DNA of 42,835 nucleotides from Anaerolineae bacterium (GTDB lineage Bacteria; Chloroflexota; Anaerolineae; CG2-30-64-16): NCBI GenBank assembly GCA_025454635.1, contig JALOOB010000001.1, positions 1 to 42,835 of the forward strand, read 5' to 3'. Shown piece by piece: positions 34,501 to 42,835 of this stretch (position 1 is its first letter; each line of letters starts with the position of its first letter). The notes under the pieces were generated by a model. It saw only the letters and a program-made list of their open reading frames with translations, ran no database searches and was not told where the DNA came from. The position numbers and the translations under genes were made by a program.

Positions 34501-34734
34501 CTTCTCCCGATCATGTGGAGCTCCGGAACGGGCTCCGAGGTGATGCGGCGGATCGCCGCGCCCATGGTCGGGGGCATGATCTCGTCGACCGTACTGACCC
34601 TCGTCGTGATCCCCGCCATCTATGCGCTGGTCAAGGCACGCGCGATCCGTCTTCAGGGACGACAGCTCGTGCCCGACGATGCCGGCATGGCGCCCATCCC
34701 GACCAGCCGCGCGGCAACCGCGGGCGAGCTGTGA
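31543..34734 (+). CDS. cusA: Cu(I)/Ag(I) efflux RND permease CusA/SilA
   Basis: 1063 aa with N-terminus MLARIIEWSVRNVFLVLL and the TM4 motif GGIAIAIGAMVDAAIVMIEN, typical of the Cu/Ag HME group. Confidence 0.97.
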   Translation: MLARIIEWSVRNVFLVLLATAALVAAGVYAVLRTPLDALPDLSDVQVIVYTEFPGQAPQVVEDQVTYPLTTAMVSVPRSKVVRGFSFFGASFVYIVFEDGTDIYWARSRVLEYLNSVSGRLPRGVAPTLGPDATGVGWVYQYAVLGEQRSLAELRTIQDWYLRYQLSKAQGVAEVASVGGFVKQYQVTVDPLKLRAFGVPASAVTRVIRESNIDVGGRVVELSETEYMVRGKGYLRGVSDLEMLVLKAERGVPVLLRDVARVELGPDERRGLAELNGEGEVVAGIAMARYGQNALDVIHNLREKIAEVSSGLPEGVRIEPVYDRSALIHRAIDNLSRTLLEESLIVALVCIVFLLHARSALVAILMLPVGVLIAFIVMRWLGLNSNIMSLGGIAIAIGAMVDAAIVMIENAHKHLERSPPDKPRTQIMIEACREVGPALFFSLLIITVSFLPVFTLEAQEGRLFQPLAFTKTFAMAGAALLSVTLVPVLMLLFVRGRIIPEKRNPINRVLIWAYRPVIAWVLRWKKLTIAAAVVVFSVSIWPATRLGSEFMPALNEGTLLYMPATLPGLSVTKAAEILQTQDRIIRSFPEVASVFGKAGRASTATDPAPLEMFETVINLKPESEWRPGMTMDKLIAELDAALQFPGISNAWTMPIRARIDMLSTGIRTPIGVKVFGRDLAEMERIAQQIESVVKGVPGTTSAYAERITGGYYLDIEPDRAALARYGMAVGDLQEVIATALGGETVTTAVEGRERFSVSVRYPRELRDDPHAIAEQVLVAAMDGTRIPLGQVARVRLTKGPPSIRTENALLSAYIYVDIRDRDIGGYVADAQRAVREQVTFPPGYFATWSGQFEYMERAKAKLKVVVPVTLLLIFLLLYLNFRRMEETLIVMLSVPFALVGGVWLMYLLDYNMSVAVAVGFIALAGVAAETGVVMLIYLDHAYDRVCAARASEGKPVTEADLYEAVMEGAVERVRPKMMTVIAIMAGLLPIMWSSGTGSEVMRRIAAPMVGGMISSTVLTLVVIPAIYALVKARAIRLQGRQLVPDDAGMAPIPTSRAATAGEL

Positions 34735-34812
34735 TGTTGCACGCGCGAAAGCACGATCGCCTCCGCATGGCGGGCGAACCACGCAGAATCCGGTCCGCGC
34801 GGTGACGGCAGC

Positions 34813-34828
34813 ATTACGACGCTGTAAT
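34813..34828. promoter_or_regulatory. Second copper-box-like site ATTACGACGCTGTAAT
   Basis: It has the same 6-4-6 geometry and an identical right half-site TGTAAT as 27961-27976. It lies about 95 nt upstream of the 34922 start and is followed by TATCCT at 34835-34840. Confidence 0.4.
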
Positions 34829-34921
34829 GAAGCCTATCCTCTTGATGTGCACCAGCCGCAAAGCGTTCGTTCCGGGGAAGATCCGTTTGCCGCGGCTGCG
34901 GACATGCGTTAGGCTGCTCGC

Positions 34922-35305
34922 ATGTCGAACGGGTTGCGTATTCTGGTGACATGGCTTCTGGTACTGTGGCTGCCCACGCAGGCCGTCGCGGTGCCGCTGC
35001 TCGCGGGTAGCTGCCACACCAACCCGGCCGCAATCGCGAGCCACAGCGTGGCAGCTCAACCTGAGGGCGACCCCGTGCACCACGCGGCGCATCGTGCGGA
35101 GGCGCAACCCCACGACGTTTCGGTGGCCGGCGAGGGCGCGAGCGGCGATCCGCAGGCCGGGCACTACTGCTGTGCCCACTTCACCGCCCTGCCAGGGTCC
35201 CGCGCGGCACCGCGCGACGATGCGCCCGGCGTCGATCTTCCGGCGCCGGAACTCGTCCTCTACCACGTCTATCCCGAACCGCAGCGCCGGCCACCCCGAG
35301 CCTGA
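34922..35305 (+). CDS. Small secreted Cys/His-rich protein, CzcI-like paralog
   Basis: 127 aa with the leader LRILVTWLLVLWLPTQAVA, the motifs HHAAHRAEAQPHD and GHYCCAHFT, and the C-terminus QRRPPRA. Confidence 0.7.
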   Translation: MSNGLRILVTWLLVLWLPTQAVAVPLLAGSCHTNPAAIASHSVAAQPEGDPVHHAAHRAEAQPHDVSVAGEGASGDPQAGHYCCAHFTALPGSRAAPRDDAPGVDLPAPELVLYHVYPEPQRRPPRA

Positions 35306-35423
35306 CCACTCATCCGGGCGCCGACGTCGGCGTCCTTGAAGGGTGGCGTTCGTGCGCGGACCTCATGGGTTGCCGCGGACGCAAGATGCGCCGACGCGGC
35401 GCTTTCAAGCTTCGGGATCAACC

Positions 35424-35753
35424 GTGCAGAAACTTCTCACCTTCTGGCTGACGGCGTTCGCCGCCATCGGCCCTGCCCATGGGCAACAGGCGGCTGCAGC
35501 CGCCCAAGGGAACAGCCCTCCGCAATCGATGCCGTCGTTGTACAAGTCCCCCTTCGCGACCTATCGCGGGTTTCGTGAGGAACCGCCGGCCGTATGGCGG
35601 GAGGTGAATGATGAAGTTGCCCGTGTCGGTGGCCATGTCGGCGTACTCAAGGCGGGCCCGACACTCGAAGCCCCGCGGACCGACGATCGCGCTGCACCGG
35701 GCGCCAGCAGCACACCGCGACCCGGGCCCGGAGGGCACCATGGGAAACACTAG
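35424..35753 (+). CDS. Small periplasmic protein of unknown function upstream of the OMF
   Basis: A GTG at 35424 gives the signal peptide VQKLLTFWLTAFAAIGPAHG. The conserved-looking core is YKSPFATYRGF...WREVNDEVARVGGHVG, and the His-rich tail is GGHHGKH. It overlaps the OMF start by 14 nt. Confidence 0.6.
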   Translation: MQKLLTFWLTAFAAIGPAHGQQAAAAAQGNSPPQSMPSLYKSPFATYRGFREEPPAVWREVNDEVARVGGHVGVLKAGPTLEAPRTDDRAAPGASSTPRPGPGGHHGKH

Positions 35754-37146
35754 GCTCGCGGTCCTCGCGGCTGCAATCGCTCTCGGAGGCTGCGCCACGT
35801 TGTCGAAGGACGGCGGCATGGACGAAGTCAACCGCCTCACCCAGGAGCGGACGGGACAGCCGGTCCGCTGGCAACGCACCGACGAGGACCGTGACGCCAC
35901 CGGCAAGCTCGTGCGGGAGAAACTTCGCCGGCCGTTGACCGCCGACGACGCAGTCCAGATCGCGCTGATGAACAACCCCGGGCTGCAGTCGACCTATGCG
36001 GAGCTCGGAATCGCGGAAGCGGACGTGGTGGCTGCGGGCCGCCTCCCGAATCCTCGCATCAGTTCCCTACGCACCAAGCGCGGCGAGGACGTGTCCAAGG
36101 TCGAGCAGTCGATCAGCCTGGAAGTGCTGTCCCTCCTCACGCTGCCGATGCGCTATCGCCTGGAGCAGAGCCGCTTCGAACGTGTCCGCGCCGAAGTGGC
36201 GCGAGAGACGCTGGGCGTCGCCGCAGAGACGCGGCGCGCCTGGATCGATGCCGTCGCGGCGGAGGAGACAGTGCGCTACGCTCGAACCGTCCAGGAGTCG
36301 GCCGAAGCCGGCGCGGAGCTGGCGCGGCGAATGGCGCGAGCAGGCAATTTCTCGCGACTGCAGCACATGCGCGAGCAGGCCTTCTATGCCGACGCCACGG
36401 CACAGCTCGCCCGCGCGCAGCATCAGGCGGTCGGCGCGCGTGAACGACTCGGTCGGCTGATGGGTCTCACAGGCGACGAAGGCCCCTTCTCGTTGCCGGA
36501 GCGCCTGCCCGATCTACCAGAGGGAGCCGCCTTGCCGCAGGATGTGGAGGCATCCGCATTACGCAACCGACTCGACATCCAGGCCGCGCAGAAGGAATCG
36601 GCAAGCCTCGCGAGCTCGCTGGGCCTGGTGCGCGCCACTCGCTTCGTCAACGCAGTGGAGCTGGGCCGGGCGCGCACGAAGGAGGGTGACGATCCGTTCG
36701 CCTACGGGTGGTCGTTCTCGCTCGAGATCCCGCTCTTCGATTTTGGCACTGCGCGGGTAGCGCAAGCGGAGGCGCTTTACATGCAGTCGGCCAGCCGCCT
36801 CGCAGAGACCGTGGTGAACGCGCGTTCCCAGGTCCGTGAGGCCTATGCGGCATACCGCACGTCCCATGCGCTCGCACGGCACTACCGGGACGAGATTGTG
36901 CCGTTACGCAAGCGCATCTCCGAGGAGAACGTGCTGCGCTACAACGGCATGTTGATCAGCGTGTTCGAGCTGCTCGCCGATGCCCGAGAGCAGGTTCTGG
37001 CGGTGAGCGCCGCCATCGACGCGACACGGGATTACTGGCTTGCCGAAGCGGACCTGCAGTCCGCCCTGACCGGTGCCGGCGCGATGTCTCGCGCAGCGCC
37101 GCGGGCGTCCGCCATGACCGCGCCCCGCGCCGGCGCCGGCCACTGA
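35740..37146 (+). CDS. Outer-membrane efflux factor lipoprotein (TolC/NodT family) with no adjacent RND or MFP gene
   Basis: An internal ATG at 35740 gives 468 aa. It has the lipobox LAVLAAAIALGGC and the OMF repeats IALMNNPGLQSTYAELGIAEAD and ALRNRLDIQAAQKE. Confidence 0.9.
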   Translation: MGNTRLAVLAAAIALGGCATLSKDGGMDEVNRLTQERTGQPVRWQRTDEDRDATGKLVREKLRRPLTADDAVQIALMNNPGLQSTYAELGIAEADVVAAGRLPNPRISSLRTKRGEDVSKVEQSISLEVLSLLTLPMRYRLEQSRFERVRAEVARETLGVAAETRRAWIDAVAAEETVRYARTVQESAEAGAELARRMARAGNFSRLQHMREQAFYADATAQLARAQHQAVGARERLGRLMGLTGDEGPFSLPERLPDLPEGAALPQDVEASALRNRLDIQAAQKESASLASSLGLVRATRFVNAVELGRARTKEGDDPFAYGWSFSLEIPLFDFGTARVAQAEALYMQSASRLAETVVNARSQVREAYAAYRTSHALARHYRDEIVPLRKRISEENVLRYNGMLISVFELLADAREQVLAVSAAIDATRDYWLAEADLQSALTGAGAMSRAAPRASAMTAPRAGAGH

Positions 37147-37169
37147 CATCCAGTCCTCCAGGAGAAACC

Positions 37170-38534
37170 ATGACTTCACGTCGCAGTTTCCTCGCGGGCG
37201 CCGCCGCCGTTGGCGCGGCCGCCGTCTCCCGCGCAGCATTGGGTGCGGTACCCGAAGCGCCGATGCAAGGCTCGCCTCTCACCCAACCTCCGCTCGCGCC
37301 GCTCAACGGCCGGCCCTACCATCCTGTCGTGACCCTGAACGGCTGGAGCCTTCCCTGGCGCATGAACAATGGCGTCAAGGAGTTCCACCTCGTTGCCGAG
37401 CCGGTGGTGCGCGAGATCGCACCCGGCATGAAGGCCAACCTGTGGGGCTACAACGGGCAGTCGCCGGGTCCGACCATCGAGGTCGTCGAGGGCGATCGCG
37501 TGCGCATCTTCGTGACCAACCGCCTACCCGAGCACACGACCATCCATTGGCACGGGCAAAGGCTGCCGAACGGTATGGACGGCGTGGGAGGGCTGAACCA
37601 GCCGCAGATCCCGGTCGGAAAGACCTACGTCTACGAGTTCGAGGCTAAGCGTCCGGGGACGTTCATGTACCACCCCCACGCCGACGAGATGGTGCAGATG
37701 GCGATGGGCATGATGGGCTTCTGGATCACCCATCCGCGTAATCCCTCGTTCATGAAGGTCGATCGGGATTTCGTCTTTCTCCTGAACGCCTACGACATCG
37801 AGCCGGGTAGCGCGACGCCCAAGATCAACACCATGCTCGACTTCAACCTGTGGACGTGGAACTCGCGCGCGTTTCCAGGCATCGATCCGCTCGTGTGCCG
37901 CCTGGGTGACCGGGTGCGCATCCGCATCGGCAACCTCACCATGACCAACCATCCGATCCACCTGCATGGCCACGAGTTCGTAGTGACCGGCACCGACGGC
38001 GGCTGGACCAACCCCGCATCGCGCTGGCCCGAGGTGACCACGGACATCGCCGTCGGGCAGATGCGTGCGATCGAGTTCGACGCAACCGACCTCGGGGACT
38101 GGGCGTTTCACTGCCACAAGTCCCATCACACCATGAATCCGATGGGTCACGATGTTCCGACCATGATCGGAGTCGATCATCGCGGCGTCGCGCAGAAGAT
38201 CATGAACCTCGTTCCGGACTACATGGTGATGGGCGAACGCGGCATGGCCGACATGGGCGAGATGGAGATGCCGCTGCCCGACAACACCCTGCCGATGATG
38301 ACCGGCACGGGGCCCTTCGGGCCGATCGAGATGGGCGGCATGTTCACCACCGTCAAGATCCGCCAGGGCCTCGCGCGCGACGATTTCCGCGACCCGGGTT
38401 GGTACAAGCATCCTCCGGGTACGGTCTCGTACGAATGGACCGGACAGCCCGTCCCCGTTGCCCGCGCGGCGCCCGCCGCCCAGGATCCGAATGCACTCAA
38501 GGTGCGCAAAGGAGGCAGTCATGCAGGTCATTAG
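37170..38534 (+). CDS. Multicopper oxidase, Tat-exported
   Basis: AGGAGA lies upstream. It has the twin-arginine leader MTSRRSFLAGAAAVGAAAV and the copper ligand motifs IHWHG, HPHADEM, HPIHLHGHEF and HCHKSHHTMNPM. Confidence 0.95.
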   Translation: MTSRRSFLAGAAAVGAAAVSRAALGAVPEAPMQGSPLTQPPLAPLNGRPYHPVVTLNGWSLPWRMNNGVKEFHLVAEPVVREIAPGMKANLWGYNGQSPGPTIEVVEGDRVRIFVTNRLPEHTTIHWHGQRLPNGMDGVGGLNQPQIPVGKTYVYEFEAKRPGTFMYHPHADEMVQMAMGMMGFWITHPRNPSFMKVDRDFVFLLNAYDIEPGSATPKINTMLDFNLWTWNSRAFPGIDPLVCRLGDRVRIRIGNLTMTNHPIHLHGHEFVVTGTDGGWTNPASRWPEVTTDIAVGQMRAIEFDATDLGDWAFHCHKSHHTMNPMGHDVPTMIGVDHRGVAQKIMNLVPDYMVMGERGMADMGEMEMPLPDNTLPMMTGTGPFGPIEMGGMFTTVKIRQGLARDDFRDPGWYKHPPGTVSYEWTGQPVPVARAAPAAQDPNALKVRKGGSHAGH

Positions 38535-39009
38535 AGCGCTGGTGTTGATCGCGGCATGCGCGTTTGCAGGTTCGGCGGGCGCGCACGGTGAAGCACACGG
38601 GCGATCGGCGGCGGCCCAGCCCTTGGTCGAGACCGCGTTCGGTCGTACCGGCGACCCGTCCCGGGTGACGCGAACCGTCGAGGTCACCATGGCCGATTCC
38701 ATGCGGTTCACGCCGGGAGAGCTCACCTTCAGGCAAGGCGAGACGATCCGGTTTCGTGTGCGCAACACGGGCAAGGTGATGCACGAGATGGTGCTAGGCA
38801 CCTCCCAGGACCTGCAGGCGCACGCCGAGATGATGCGCAAACACCCGGGCATGGAGCACGACGAGCCCTACATGGCTCATGTCGCGCCGGGCAAGTCGGC
38901 GGAAATGGTCTGGCACTTCGACAAGCCGGGGGACTTCCAGTTCGGTTGCCTCGTCGCGGGTCACTTCGAGGCGGGGATGGTCGGTCGCCTCCGCGTCGTC
39001 CGCAAGTGA
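38521..39009 (+). CDS. Cupredoxin-family (plastocyanin/azurin-like) blue copper protein
   Basis: An internal ATG at 38521 gives 162 aa. It has the signal peptide MQVIRALVLIAACAFAGSAGA, the His tag HGEAHG and the type-1 Cu site FGCLVAGHFEAGM. It overlaps the MCO stop by 14 nt. Confidence 0.85.
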   Translation: MQVIRALVLIAACAFAGSAGAHGEAHGRSAAAQPLVETAFGRTGDPSRVTRTVEVTMADSMRFTPGELTFRQGETIRFRVRNTGKVMHEMVLGTSQDLQAHAEMMRKHPGMEHDEPYMAHVAPGKSAEMVWHFDKPGDFQFGCLVAGHFEAGMVGRLRVVRK

Positions 39010-39020
39010 TCGATACGACG

Positions 39021-39467
39021 ATGGACCGACGACGCTTTCTGCTGATGGTCGCGGGTGTTCTGCTCGCGGAACACGGGGCCGCCGCCGCCCACGGCGTCCT
39101 GGACGTCTACAAGACCTCGACTTGCGGATGCTGCAAGGCATGGGTCGACCATCTGCGCACCCATGGCTTCGTGGTGCGTACGCATGATGTGGACGAGCCA
39201 GCGGCCTACCGGCGCCGCGCAGGAATTCCGGACGGGCTGGGCAGTTGCCACACCGCGCTGGTGGGCGCTTACGCGATCGAAGGGCACGTTCCCGCCGCAG
39301 AAGTGCGCCGGCTGCTGGCCGAGCAGCCGGCGGCGGCCGGACTCTCCGTCCCCGCCATGCCTATCGGCTCGCCGGGCATGGAGCGGGGCGCGCGGCGGGA
39401 TCCGTACGACGTCCTGCTGGTCATGCGGGACGGAACGCACCGCGTGTTTGCCCGATATCCGAAATAG
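39021..39467 (+). CDS. copG: CopG/DUF411 periplasmic metal-binding protein
   Basis: An internal ATG at 39021 gives 148 aa. It has the Tat-like leader MDRRRFLLMVAGVLL, the signature YKTSTCGCCKAW, and the motifs GSCHT and MPIGSPGME. Confidence 0.85.
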   Translation: MDRRRFLLMVAGVLLAEHGAAAAHGVLDVYKTSTCGCCKAWVDHLRTHGFVVRTHDVDEPAAYRRRAGIPDGLGSCHTALVGAYAIEGHVPAAEVRRLLAEQPAAAGLSVPAMPIGSPGMERGARRDPYDVLLVMRDGTHRVFARYPK

Positions 39468-39491
39468 TCCCCAGGAAAGGAGACCTCTTCC

Positions 39492-39845
39492 ATGCAACGC
39501 ACTTTCGTCGCTCGCTTCCCCACCCGTTCCGGCGTCACCCTCGCCGCCGCACTCCTGATTGCGGCCCCAGCGTTTTCGCAGCACGCGCAGCACGGGGCCA
39601 ATCATGCAGCCCCCGGTGCCGCTAGTGCCGCGCTGTCCGATGGCGAGGTTCGCAAGGTCGACAAGGAGACCCGCAAGATCACCATTCGCCACGGCCCGCT
39701 CGCGAATCTGGACATGCCTCCCATGACCATGGTGTTCCAGGTGCGCGATCCCGCCCTCCTCGAGCGCGTACAGGCGGGCGACAAGGTGCGATTCCTCGCC
39801 GAGAAGGACGGCACGGCATACGTGGTGACGCGAATCGAGAAATGA
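39492..39845 (+). CDS. cusF: Periplasmic Cu(I)/Ag(I) chaperone CusF/SilF
   Basis: 117 aa with a GGAGA RBS, a signal peptide, the His-rich [10 protein letters not shown], and the core [23 protein letters not shown]. Confidence 0.9.
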   Translation: MQRTFVARFPTRSGVTLAAALLIAAPAFSQHAQHGANHAAPGAASAALSDGEVRKVDKETRKITIRHGPLANLDMPPMTMVFQVRDPALLERVQAGDKVRFLAEKDGTAYVVTRIEK

Positions 39846-39918
39846 TCCGCGACGACGCGCGGCTGCCGAGCCGCTCGCTCGGACGCGGCTGCGCGGTCAC
39901 TTTACGGGAGAAAGCCTA

Positions 39919-42116
<2,198 letters not shown>

Positions 42117-42117
<1 letters not shown>

Positions 42118-42145
42118 CGCCACGATCCCCGATTGGGGATGGCGC
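42117..42145 (+). terminator. Hairpin immediately after the ATPase stop (weak terminator candidate, no U-tract)
   Basis: GCGCC-acg-ATCCCC-gatt-GGGGAT-GGCGC, read directly from the sequence. Confidence 0.3.
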
Positions 42146-42390
42146 TGGACGCCCATTCCCGAACGATGGCGCGCTTCATCGTGACCGCTATGCGCCTTCT
42201 CCCTCACACGGGCAAGGGAATGCCCGCTACTCAAGCGGCGACGGATTTCATGACGACCTCGGGCCGCTGACGCAGGACTCACGCACAAGGGCATGCCAGT
42301 GGACAACTCACTGGAGTCGAGCTTGCTGCGCGGACGTCGTGCACGGCGTGCTAGGGCGGCAACAAGAGCCGAGTTCCCGCGGTCGATGCT

Positions 42391-42835
42391 TCAACATCGC
42401 GCCATCGGCGCGAACACGCCCCAACCCAGGTACTCGCGCGTGTATACGGCGTAGCGCGCGGGTGCCGCGCTCAGCTTGGCGCGAACTTCCGGCGCGAGCT
42501 CGTCGTCGGAATTGGCCTACAGCCATCGGCGCATCGTCAGCCACTTGGCCGCTTCTTATCTGTTCCTGCTGTCTTGGTCTGCCAGTACCATTTCGACGAC
42601 GTCACAGCCCAGGTCGCCGAGCATCGCGAGAAGTTCTCGAAGCACGAGAAAGTCGGCGATCGCGCCGGCCAGGCAACCCCGGGCGACCCCTTCCGTCAGG
42701 GGCAATTGCCGCCAGTAGGGTTCGCCGATAAGGATGCTGACCCCAGGACGAAGGCTTCGCGCTAGAAGGCGGATGGTACCGACGACGCCCCCAGCGATCC
42801 ACGTCGCACCGAGACAGGCGGCCACATCGACTTTG
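42391..42835 (-). pseudogene. Class I SAM-dependent methyltransferase, 3' part, disrupted by two in-frame stops; 5' end lies outside the window
   Basis: The frame is open from the window edge (..KVDVAACLGATWIAGG..IGEPYWRQLP..VEMVLADQDSRNR). A TAA follows at 42556-42558. The same frame continues as EAAKWLTMRRWL, then a TAG at 42517-42519. It then reads ANSDDELAPEVRAKLSAAPARYAVYTREYLGWGVFAPMARC up to a TGA at 42391-42393. Confidence 0.6.

Overview
This is a high-GC (about two-thirds G+C by eye), densely coding proteobacterial window. I found no rRNA, tRNA, CRISPR array, transposase or integrase in it. It reads as a composite heavy-metal resistance island made of several blocks. (1) 467-10522: one long minus-strand czc-like unit, comprising short CDF, CzcI-like protein, OMF, periplasmic protein, MFP, RND pump, periplasmic protein, ICMT-like protein, CzcD and an orphan response regulator. 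A divergent CadR/ZntR-type MerR regulator sits at its head. (2) 11092-15206: probable housekeeping or unrelated genes (small lipoprotein, REC-Fis regulator, porin, Sel1-repeat protein). (3) 15751-24045, minus strand: Cys-rich four-helix-bundle protein, His/Met-repeat protein, MerR regulator and small Cys/His proteins. The most interesting part is a compact redox gene set: a Met-rich LTXXQ periplasmic protein, a membrane-anchored FNR-type flavoprotein fused to a 2Fe-2S ferredoxin, a His-pair membrane protein, and a heptahaem cytochrome c. I interpret this as a candidate trans-membrane electron conduit of unknown metal-related function. (4) 24352-34734: an HMA-like protein, a second His/Met-repeat paralog, cusRS, and divergent cusCBA in which CusB carries a fused CusF domain. 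(5) 34813-42117: a copper module (CzcI-like protein, small periplasmic protein, OMF lipoprotein, multicopper oxidase, cupredoxin, CopG/DUF411, CusF, SilP-like P1B ATPase). (6) 42391-end: a SAM-methyltransferase pseudogene with two in-frame stops. All family assignments come from motif recognition by eye, and no database search was run. Many long ORFs in the track are antisense shadows typical of high-GC DNA, and several real genes start downstream of the first listed start codon.
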